Origin: Phyllobates terribilis
Lineage: Eukaryota
Reading direction: 5' to 3'
NCBI RefSeq assembly: GCF_046119375.1
Contig: NW_027362762.1
Location: 855,662,001 to 855,726,000, forward strand
DNA length: 64,000 nt
Both the position numbers and the translations under genes were made by a program. Positions 36,028 to 46,800 of the stretch are shown piece by piece. Position 1 is the first letter of the stretch. Each line of letters begins with the position of its first letter. Below the pieces are notes generated by a model. It was not told where the DNA came from. It saw only the letters and a list, made by a program, of their open reading frames with translations, and did no database searches.

Positions 36028-38536
36028 TTTAGTTTGGCTGGAAGATGGTCTTTCTTCTGCACCTACCCCACGGACACAACCTTTTTTCCCCTTCCCAACA
36101 CGCCTATTCCCCTTTCCACCAGCAGCAGGCCTTTTTCCACTCCTTTTGGTGGTTAACTAATTCACAACTCTGGAGTTGTTTGCACAAAAAAACAATGGAT
36201 GGTAACCGAGCAGAGCTGAGTGGCCAAACTGTGGTATTAGGCCAAAACTATTGGCTGGGTTAGATGCAGAAAAAAATTATTTTTAATTTGCAACCTGATG
36301 GAGGTCAGTATAGATGGACTAATAGAATGATGCTATGCCCAAAAGATTTTACTTCACTAGGTGCAGTAAAAAAATTGGTATTCTATACACAGGTGGTATA
36401 TCTTGCAACACAGATAGGCTACTCCACTGACTAACCCACTCTGCAATAGGCCAAAAAGGATTAGCTTTGCTAGATTCAGCCAAATGCTGTGAAAAAAACT
36501 TGCACAGCACTGGCACAGACCTGCCTGGCAAAAACTGATAGGAACTGATGTAACCTAGTCCTGAAAAGGACTCCAATTACAATTAGTCTTTACTCCCACA
36601 ATCTATCTATTTAAGAGCACAGACCTGCTTGATAAAAGTCGTAGGAAATGCTGTAACCTAGTCCTTAAAAGGACTGCAATCACAACTATTCCCTACTCCC
36701 AAGCTATCTGTATATTTGTGCGAAAATTGGCTTGAAATTAACAAGGTATAGCGCACACAGCAACAGCGGTGCCGTCTAACACGCAGCTGCAGCAGTGAGA
36801 AAATGGTGGCGACGGGGAAAATGGCTTGGTCTTATAGGGCAAGGACATGTGACATACACTGCCAATCACACATGCCCTTGCTTGTGTGAAAAAAAGCACT
36901 TCGCTCCGTGTGTGCGCTGCTGATAGGCTGACAGATTGCACCTCCCCACTGCAAATGCGGGAAAGAGAAAAAAAAATGGAGATCTTCATTGTTCCTGCAG
37001 AGATCCATCCCCTGCCCCTCCCCCCGCCCCGCTGTACACTCAAACTGCGTATTAACATTAATTTTCATCATTACTGAGAAAAAATCCAGTTATGATTTTG
37101 GTGCACGAACAGTTATCGAACATAACCTCGAACAGCCGAATTTTTCTCAAATTGTTCGTGTTCGCCGACCGGCTCGAACACCGCCCAAAACAGCTCGAAT
37201 TTGAGATTGGCGAACAGTTCGAGTAGAACAACGCTCATCTCTAGTGTGCTTCCACAGGGAGAATGCATTAGAAACGCATTATAAATGCATGTGCGTTTTT
37301 ATCTGGATTTTCCGATTCTAATGCAAGTCTATGGGGAAATTCCACACATAAAACTCAGCGTACCTTGAAAAGAAGTTGACATGTTGCGGATCTGAAACAT
37401 GTACCGCAGGTCAGTTTAAACAGCATAAAAAATATGCACAGTGGGCATGAGATTACTATAAATTCCATCCACTTTGCAGTACATAGCATCAAAAACTTAC
37501 CAATAACTCATAGTCGGAACTTAACCTCAAGTTATGTTCCCACAATGAGTATTTTATGATATTTGATAATATTCTGCACCTATCGGGTAAATTAGTTACT
37601 TGCATTTTTTTCAGTGATCAAGGAAATTACGGTTATATAGCTCCTTCTGGCCACATTCCGACTAGACGTGTCCAACCTCCCTCAATTCATTTTCATTGAG
37701 TGAGGCCACGCATGTCTAGTCAGCACATGGCCGCATGTATACAAATCGCCGGCACGATCCTGACAGTGTGCAGTGTGGACTGTGAGAATTCAGAAGTCTG
37801 CAGTCACATAAAATGACTGCAGACTCATCACAAACGTGGATAACATCTTTAATGCTCCTAACATAAAAAAAAAAAAAAAAAAAAAGTCAGCATCATAAAA
37901 AACATTTACATCCAAGTACCTTATAGATGACGCTGTCTCTGGAGTCGCTCTCTTTCTTTTTTTCCTCTTGCCCAGACTCCATGATGAGTTTTCTCATACA
38001 CAGCCGTCTCTGCAGAATTCCATCTTCTCCGGTCTTCTGCAGAACATCCCCACACGATGCCCTGAAAGATAGCAGAGTCATTATAATGCTCCTGAATAAA
38101 AATATCTGTCCTACACTAAGCCCCTGAATATACAATTACCCCTCACTATATTCCCTGCATAAAATATCACCCCCACACTGTCCATCTTATGGTACATGCT
38201 CTCCACACTGCCCTCTCCTTTCCATACTGGGCCCCCTCTTCACACTGTCCTCACACTGTGTCCCCCCTATAGGGCTCAGTCTCTATACTGTGCCCCCTCA
38301 TCACACTCCCGCTCCTTAGCATACTGTTCCCTCTTGACTGTGACCTTACACTGTCTCCCCATGCTATCGCCCACCCACTACTCAGTCTATTCTGTGCCCA
38401 CTCACACTTTTCTTTCCCCATACTGTCTCCTCACACTATTCCCCTCAATAGTCTCCTTACACGTTTCCCCCTACCTAATATTTCCTCCTCACACATCCCT
38501 CCAACTCCCCATACTGTATCTGCACACATCCCATCA

Positions 38537-38782
38537 GGGTATGTGCCCACGATGCAGAATTGTAGCAGAAAATTTCCGCATGCAGAAATGCACAAATAAT
38601 GGACATGCTGCGGATTTTTCCGCAAGGAAAATCCGCTGCGGAAAATTCCGCAGCATGGGCACTGAACATGCAGATCGTCATTGGGGATCATGGGGCACGG
38701 ATTACCAAGCGTTTTTCAAGCGTTTACGCTGCGGAAATTCCGCAGCAAAAACGCTTGAAGAACGCATAGTGGGCACACAGCC
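38537..38782. mobile_element. Harbinger-type MITE (246 bp)
   Basis: TIRs GGGTATGTGCCCACGATGC / GCATAGTGGGCACACAGCC; 3-bp TSD TCA. Confidence 0.82.
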
Positions 38783-38939
38783 TCACCCTCGCTTCCCATA
38801 CTGTGTCCACACACATTTTCCCCCTCTCTACCAATAATGTGTCTGCCCCCACTCCCCACTCGCTCCCCACAGATTAAATCTCGCCTCCGCACTGAATAAA
38901 TCTCCCCTCCACAGTGAATAAATATGGCCTCTGGACAAT

Positions 38940-40226
38940 AAATAAATAGCCCCCTGAGCAATGAAAAAATATGCCCCCTGCACAATTAATAGCCCCCTGC
39001 ACAATAAATATGCCCCTGCACAATTAATAGCCCCCCTGCACAATTAATAGCCCCCTGCACAATTAATAAATAGCCACCTGCACAATTAATAGCCCCCCTG
39101 CACAATTTATAGCCCCTGCACAATTTATAGCCCCCCTGCACAATTAATAAATATGCCCCCCTCCACAATTAATAAATATGCCCCTGCACAATTAATAAAT
39201 ATGCCCCTTGCACAATAAATACTCCCCCTGCACAATTAACAACTATGCCCCCTGCACAATAAATACCCCCTGCACAATTAATAGCCCCCTGCACAATTAA
39301 TAAATATGCCCCCTGCACAGTTAATAAATATGCCCCCCCTGCACAAATAAATATGCCCCTGCACAATAAATACACCCTGCACAATTAATAACTATGCCCC
39401 CCCTGCACAATTAATATCCCCCTGCACAATAAATACCCCCCTGCACATTTAATGGCTATGCCCCACTGCACAATTAATACCCCCTGCACAATAAATACCC
39501 CCCTGCACAATTAATAACTATGCCCCCCAGCACAATAAATACCCCCCTTGCGCAATTAATAACTATGCCCCCTGCACAATAAATACCCCCTGCACAATAA
39601 ATACCCCCTTGCACAATTAATACCCCCACTGCACAATTAATACTCCCTTGCACAATAAATACCCCCCTGCACAATTAATAACTATGCCTCCCTGCACAAT
39701 AAATACCCCCCCTGCACAATTAATAGCTATGCCCCACTGCACAATTAATACCCCTGCACAATAAATACCCACCTGCACAATTAATAACTATGCCCCCCTG
39801 CACAATAAATACCCCCCTTACACAATTAATAACTATGCCCCCCTGCACAATAAATACCCCCCTGCACAATTAATAACTATGCCTCCCTGCACAATAAATA
39901 CCCCCCCTGCACAATTAATAGCTATGCCCCACTGCACAATTAATACCCCTGCACAATAAATACCCTCCTGCACAATTAATAACTATGCCCCCCTGCACAA
40001 TAAATACCCCCCCTGCACAATAAATACCCCCTTGCACAATTAATACCCCCACTGCACATTAAATACCCCCTGCACAATAAATACCCCCCTGCACAATTAA
40101 TAACTATGCCCCCCTGCACAATAAATACCCCCCCTGCACAATTAATAGCTATGCCCCCCTACACAATTAATACCCCCCTGTACAATAAATCCCCCCCTGC
40201 ACAATTAATAACTATGCCCCCCTGCA
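38940..40226 (+). repeat. Variable-unit minisatellite (core CCCCTGCACAAT, about 18-26 bp)
   Basis: Dozens of CCCCTGCACAAT(TAAT)AAATA/AACTATG units; a higher-order block at about 39661-39780 recurs at about 39858-39970. Confidence 0.92.
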
Positions 40227-41419
40227 AGTGAGGGTAAGGGTATCTCCACAGTGTTTTCAAGAAAAGCTACTATAAACACACTGGGTCTTCTCCCAGAGAG
40301 CTCTGTAACACCGCTATAGGTACCCAAGGTGTAAGGGTAAGCATTTCCCTTTACATTGAGCAGATCAAAGATTTCTCACCTTGAATGGTTGCTCTGATCA
40401 TCCAGGATGGTATACACCTTTACGGTTTTGACCCTTGGGATATACGTTCACAAGACATATCTTTCCACAGGACTTGTCACAAAGGCCTTCTCCACAGACT
40501 TCTGTGTGTGAAGAATATACTGAGGTAGGATTTCTTGTTTGAGCTGCATCCTCCCTACTATACCTTGTGGCTGGAGAAGGAGTAAGTGGTGCAGAGCTCG
40601 GTTGGGATGGATGGAGCGCTTGTACGTGGTCCTCACTGTCACTCTCTAAACAATAGTAATTTTACAGTTTTTAGCAAAATGTTCAGTTGAAGCACAACAT
40701 CTGAAACACACTCCAAAATTATTTAGAAGCTCCTTGTGTTCCTGGATCGTTTTCTTTCTGAAGCCGATGCACTTCTTTAGGGGATGTGGCTTCATATGAA
40801 TGGGACACGGTCGATTAGGGTTTTCAACCTTTTTACCTTTTGTTACTCTTGTCTGAAGCTGATGTAGGTGTGGGAAGAATATCAGTCTTTTTCAATGACA
40901 CTGGACTTCTGTGGTTTGGTTTTTAGAACATGAACTATCATACTTAGGAGGAGATGAATCAGGGCCTCTGGGTTCTACGTATGAAAAGCTTGGGTCGGTC
41001 TTATACTCTGCAAAATTCTTGATAAACTCACAGAAGTAGGAAAACAGAGGAGAAGAGACTTGGTTTTCTCTTTTATATCTTGACCCAATTGTGGCCCACC
41101 TTTCTTGAATATTGTATGGTAGCTTAGAAACTATTGAGTTTACCCCACCAGCAGTTTCCAGGTAGCTGAGGCCAGGTAGGTGAGTGTCTGCCTTGGCCAG
41201 TTGGAGTTCTAACAGTAAGTCACTGAGCTCTTGGAATTTTGAACTGTCCTTATTGGATATTTTTGGAAATTCCTGTAGTCATTTGAACAGTGCATTCTCT
41301 ATGGCTGTGGGACTGCCAAAGCTTCGTTCTAGTCTCTCCCATGCAGCCATGAGACCCACGGCTGGATTATTGATATGGACAGATCTCAGTCTCTTGACTC
41401 GCTCTGTGGATTGTGGTTT
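40227..41419 (-). pseudogene. BEL/Pao retrotransposon remnant, downstream part (gag-protease region)
   Basis: Minus strand: STERVKRLRSVHINNPAVGLMAAWERLERSFGSP..IENALF, LPGLSYL, IVSKLPYNIQERW, then VKVYTILDDQSN (BEL-type protease motif); many stops. Confidence 0.8.
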
Positions 41420-42420
41420 TGTGGCACCCCAGGGGTCTGGTTTCCACAGTAACAGCAATGTTATGTCTGAGAGCAGGTGGGAGGTCTCTTGGTCAGGAAT
41501 CCTATGCATGCCACACCTCCTGCCCAGTCCTGGGAGGGGAAGGACTTCCCCTATATAAACCTGGGGCTGAGGCAGGGTTAGTGAGTAGAGAAGAAGTACA
41601 GACAGAGAAAAGAAGCAAATATAGGAACAGAACATCAGGAGCTCTGTGGGAGCAGTGTTACAAGGAGTCAGGGGCTGGCAGCTGCAGAGCTCGCCCTGAC
41701 TGAGAAGATTTCTTACCGGACCCGGAGTCCGAGGCTGTGGGGACTAACTCCTACCCAGCAGCAGAATCTGTCAGGCAGGGGATTCCAGGTCCTCTGGCCA
41801 AGAAACCCGAAGGCACGGTCACACGCATGGGACCAGCACCGCCGTCGTGGAGCGGAAGCTACTAGAAGGCCCCGAGTCACCGGCCATACGGGTGAGCACC
41901 ACACGGCACACTCAGGGACGTGGGCTACTTTTACCCGCCTCTAGCAAGGTAGCCAGAAGAGTACAGTTAGTTTGGGAGGCCTACAACTCCGCCTGGCCAG
42001 GGGAGATCCCATCTGCTCAAGGACTGACCAGGCCCCAATCGCTAGCCAGTACTCCGGGAGGGTCTATCTTTGTCACCAGTAAAGACCCTGAACTACACCG
42101 TACCGTCTCCGAGTGATTCCTGCTACCCCCATCATCCACGTCGGCTGCCCTGAGGCCATACCCCTCCCGTTGGGGGTTATACTATCACGCTGCACAATCC
42201 TACCACCGGCCTCAGCGGTCTGCCCTGCAGCAGCAGCTCCTTAGCTGTACTCAACAGGTGGCGTAGTCGTCCAACATCTACCGCTAATACAGCGCCACTT
42301 AGTCTGACTCCCTGGGCACGGACCGGATCACCGCCACGAGACTACAACCCTCAAGAGATCCGGCTCCGGGTAAGCTCCCGCGTGCGCAACGCAGCGCGAC
42401 ACAGGCCCAGGGGCGCGTCA
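41420..42420 (+). repeat. 5' LTR
   Basis: TGTGGCACC...GGGGCGCGTCA; TATATAA at about 41552; about 7 substitutions versus the 3' LTR, counted by eye. Confidence 0.96.
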
Positions 42421-42426
42421 ACTTTT

Positions 42427-42444
42427 TGTCGTAGTCGGCAGGAT
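42427..42444 (+). promoter_or_regulatory. tRNA-Ser PBS with one mismatch (TGT for TGG)
   Basis: TGTCGTAGTCGGCAGGAT, 6 nt after the LTR. Confidence 0.85.
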
Positions 42445-42862
42445 CTCGTGCCCGCAACCACCGGGTACTGCGTGCCTGAAAAAGACTGTTCAAACTTAGC
42501 TGTGGTGAAGATTCCCGCCATCCGGCGCCATCTTCTACATTCTTCCCGCCATCCGCAAAGTTTTCCCGCCATCCGGCGCCATCTTCGGCCTTCTTCCCGC
42601 CATCCGTGGAGGTTTCCCGCCATTGGACGCCATCTTGAGGGCGCCGCGCGGGAAGAAGAGGGGCGTGGACTCCGAAAGCGCGCGAGAACTGAAGCCCCGC
42701 CTCACGTCCGGACGTTGCGTAAGGTCCTGGAAGGAGCCCAGCAGACGCCGACGTCACAGGAGCGCGACGGAAGGTCCTCAACCCTGACGATCCACTGCGG
42801 AGCCGCGGCCTACGGAAGAGGATCATCGCAAGGTAGGCCACCATCCACTAGGGGGGAGAAGG

Positions 42863-43843
42863 ATGTCTGATACGGAGGAGAGCTTCACCGCTTCAACCCC
42901 CGCCAGCGCCACCGCTGTTGCGGTCATGCCTTTCACCATGCCCTATATCCCGGGGGCAGCCTGGCTACCCCAGTACTCAGGGGAATCGCATACCCTGCAT
43001 GACTTTAGAGAAAAGCTGGATAGCCTCTTCCAGGTGTACCCCCTTACAGAAGAGCAAAAAGTGAGCATCCTGGTGGCCCAATTAACCGGGGCAGCCCAAA
43101 GGGAGGTAAAGTCTTGGCCACGTGGGGGGAGGACTGTCGCAGGGATACTGGCCCGGCTGAGGGACACCTTTGATACCCGCACCTCAGCCGAGATCAAGCT
43201 CAGATTCTACGGGTGCAAACAGCGGGCACATGAGAGTATAAGGGACTATGCATTAAACCTACAAGAAGCCCTGAGAGCCATTAAGCAGACCGACCCTGAC
43301 GGCGTGGGAGACGAGGACAGGCTGTTGACTGAACAATTTATAGAGGGTTTATATTGCAATGCCCACCGAACCCAGTTGCGGGCAATGGCCTTACAGGACC
43401 CTCATCTGGGATTTGCACAGTTCAAGGACAGAGCCATCCGGGTGCTCCGAGAACCGGCACCAGGTGGCGTTGTGACCCACAGACGCCCCACTACTACTTA
43501 CCACCAGGAGGCGGCGCCCTTGTCGGCAGGGCCTGTGGGAGCTGATGCGCAGGCTTTGAGCAATGACCCGGCTCCAGACCTGCACCATCAGGTCCAAGAG
43601 CTAGCTAAAAGCGTTGCTGCGCTAACCCGAACTGTGCAGTCTTTACAGGTTTCTACTCCAGGGAAGATCCAGCTGGCATCCGGACCGGAGGACATCCCGT
43701 GGCGTCGACCAAGGAGGACCCCACCGGCCAGAGGAAGACCCAGCGACCGATACAACGAGGACGGACGACCCATCTGCCGTCGCTGTAATCAACCCGGACA
43801 TATGGCAAGGTACTGTCCTTTAAACTGGCACAACCTAGGGTAG
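42863..43843 (+). CDS. gag: Gag (326 aa)
   Basis: PNMA/Gypsy-like capsid region (LPQYSGE, LTGAAQREV, IRDYALNLQ) and CCHC knuckle CRRCNQPGHMARYC. Confidence 0.93.
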   Translation: MSDTEESFTASTPASATAVAVMPFTMPYIPGAAWLPQYSGESHTLHDFREKLDSLFQVYPLTEEQKVSILVAQLTGAAQREVKSWPRGGRTVAGILARLRDTFDTRTSAEIKLRFYGCKQRAHESIRDYALNLQEALRAIKQTDPDGVGDEDRLLTEQFIEGLYCNAHRTQLRAMALQDPHLGFAQFKDRAIRVLREPAPGGVVTHRRPTTTYHQEAAPLSAGPVGADAQALSNDPAPDLHHQVQELAKSVAALTRTVQSLQVSTPGKIQLASGPEDIPWRRPRRTPPARGRPSDRYNEDGRPICRRCNQPGHMARYCPLNWHNLG

Positions 43844-43877
43844 AGGGCCAACCCCTAGGAAAAAGATCATCAGGCCC
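43819..43877 (+). promoter_or_regulatory. -1 ribosomal frameshift signal (T TTA AAC plus a predicted pseudoknot)
   Basis: The slippery heptamer shifts gag into the open pol frame; 8-nt spacer; stem 43834-43840/43853-43859; loop GGGCC pairs with GGCCC at 43873-43877. Confidence 0.8.
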
Positions 43878-46800
43878 ATCGAACTGGCGCGACAAATATG
43901 TGGGAGGACGTCCAGTCTTGCCTGTGGTACTGGATGGCATTCCTATGAGTGCCCTACTGGACACCGGGTCACAGGTCACCACCATCCCGTACGTGCTCTT
44001 CAAGCAGTACTGGAATGACTCGGATATTACCCGCTACCCTGACGACGACTTGAGTATCATCGCCAGCAATGGTCAGCCCGTGCCACAGATCGGATTTAAA
44101 GAGGTGACCATTAAAATTGGTAGAGTTGAAGTGGCAGCACAGGGACTGATCATTGTAGACATTGACAAACACGAGAGTCACCCAAAGATAACTCTAGGAA
44201 CTAATGTAATTGAAAATTGTCTTGCAGAGGTGATTTTCCTTTTACAGCAGGTTGCCAAGAACGCCAGCTCCGGCGAGCAGCGAGTGCTCCAAAAAGAGAT
44301 CCGGGCACTGATGCGACGGCAACAGGTGGAACTCTCCGGCGGTGAGATTGGTAGCGTGAGAATGTGTGACCCTTTCCCTATTGCCATGCCCCCAAAAAGT
44401 GAAATGATGATTTGGTGCCGGGCAGCTATTGGTCTAAGAGGTAGAGATTACCAGGCAATGGTAGAACCAGTTTACTCAGACAGTAGGCCCACCATCTTGA
44501 CAGCACGGGGGGTGGTTAATGTACGCCATGGGAGGGTGCCCGTTCGCATAATCAATATCGGGAAGAGGGAAGTGTACCTGCCCCGGTATGCCACGCTAGC
44601 CAAATTATATACCATTAACCAAAATGCTATACAATCTGTGGAACCCTTGCCTCCATCTCACCCGGAGGAAGGTAACGGCTCTAAGAAAACAATGGAGGAC
44701 TGGTGTCGGCAACTACATTTGGGTACTGACTCCACTCCCTCACACCAGAAACAGGGAGTCTATCGGGTGGTTCAAGAGTACGAGAGAGTGTTTAGTAAAC
44801 ACCCGTTAGACTTCGGGCGAGTCAAGGGGGTAGAACACCACATCCCCACGGGAGACCATCCTCCCATAAAAGAGAGGTATCGACCCGTACCCCCTGCACA
44901 CTACCAACACGCCAAGGGGATGCTTAGAGACATGAAGGAGGCTGGGGTGATCAGGGATAGCTGTAGCCCCTGGGCAGCTCCACTAGTCTTAGTCAAAAAG
45001 AAAGACAACACCATGAGGATGTGTGTAGATTACCGGAAAATCAACCGTATCACACACAAGGATGCGTACCCCTTACCAAGGATAGAGGAGTCTTTGGCTG
45101 CTTTAAGATCTGCTAACTTCTTCTCTACCTTGGATCTCACTAGTGGGTACTGGCAGGTTCCTGTAGCAGAGGCGGACCGGGAGAAGACCGCATTCACCAC
45201 CCCGATGGGACTTAGCGAGTTTACGTGTATGCCGTTCGGACTCTGCAACGCACCAGGAACCTTCCAACGATTAATGGAGTGCTGTCTGGGCCACAGAAAC
45301 TTCGAGACGGTCCTGTTGTACCTGGACGATGTCATCGTATATTCTAAGACTTATGAGGACCACCTGAAACACCTGGCGGAAGTGTTCGAAGCTCTGGCAA
45401 GCTACGGCCTAAAGGTGAAACCCTCCAAGTGTCACCTCCTGAAACCAAAGGTGCAGTACCTGGGACACGTGGTGAGCGCTGACGGAGTGGCTCCCGACCC
45501 TGATAAGATCACCGCAATTAAGGAATGGCCAAGTCCCTCCAGTGTAAAGGAAGTGCGGCAGTTCCTCGGGTTGGTAGGCTACTACCGCAGGTTCATCCCC
45601 GGTTTCACCAAAAAGGCAGCTCCTATGCAGGACCTCCTGATAGGCCAGTCCCGGAAGGCCAAGAACCAGAAGCCGCCCTTCAGATGGGAGAAGTTGGAAG
45701 AAGAGTCCTTCCGCCAGCTGAAGATGGCCCTCACGGGGGATGAAATCCTGGCGTACCCGGATTACAGCCAGCCCTTTATCCTCTACACCGACGCAAGTAA
45801 CATCGGGCTAGGAGCCGTGCTGTCCCAGATCCAGCAGGGGAAAGAGCGAGTAATCGCTTACGCCAGCCGAAAACTGCGACCCACCGAAAGAAACCCTGAG
45901 AATTCCAGCTCATTTAAGCTAGAGTTCCTGGCAGTGGTGTGGGCAGTCACCGAACGCTTTAAGCACTACCTCGCTTCTTCCCGGTTCGTCGTGTACACGG
46001 ATAACAACCCGTTGACACACCTGGACACGGCAAGACTCGGTGCCCTAGAGCAGAGATGGATGGCCCGCCTGTCCAACTACGAGTTCACCATCAAATACCG
46101 GGCAGGACGCTCCAATACCAACGCGGACGCCCTGTCCAGGATGCCAAACCTACCGGACGTAGGAGAAGATCCAGAGGGACTGGAAGAAGTCGAACTCCCC
46201 GCGTTTCACCGTCATGGGACTATCCAGTATTCCCATCGGGTAAGGAGTAAGCAAGGCGCTACGCTTAACCCCTTACCTCACTACAACTGGGCGGAAACGC
46301 AAGACAGTGACCCTGCCGTCCGGCTGGTGAAGGAGATGCTGACTTGGCCAGAGGCTCGCCTTGACCCAGACGCTCCGGAGGAAGCCAAGCAACTGTGGGC
46401 AGAAAAGAGTAGACTGTTCCTTTACAAGGGGAAGTTGTGCCGCAGGATGGTTAACTCCCGGACGCATGAACTAATCTGGCAAGTAGTGGTGCCACGACGA
46501 GACGCAGCCATGGTGATGGAGGCATACCACGATGGAGCTGGGCATTTCGGATGGAAGAAGCTGGAGTTCCTGCTGCGCGGGCGGTTCCATTGGGTAGGCA
46601 TGAGGGGAACCATCGAGAGGTGGTGCAGAGACTGTGGCCCGTGCAACCTGAGGAGGAAGGACCGTGCCAGCCAGAAGACTCCCCTGCAGTCCATCGTCAC
46701 CCGGCAGCCGTTGGAACTGGTAGCCTTGGATCATGTAAAACTGACCCCAAGCAGAAGTGGCTACGTCTACGCGTTAACCATCGTGGATCATTACTCCCGG

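Larger units (their letters stand above)
27992..37243 (-). mobile_element. Autonomous-type hAT transposon (9252 bp) carrying cargo
   Basis: Imperfect TIRs TAGTGTTGAGC / GCTCATCTCTA; perfect 8-bp TSD GTGTGCTT (27984-27991 and 37244-37251); subterminal GTTCG/CGAAC arrays at 28014-28100 and 37100-37230. Confidence 0.93.

Noticed and set aside
42299-42870. ORFs of 181 aa (minus) and 162 aa (plus) in the Gypsy leader
   Set aside because: They overlap the LTR and PBS, consist of short CCGCCATC repeats and show no domain. This is treated as 5' leader.
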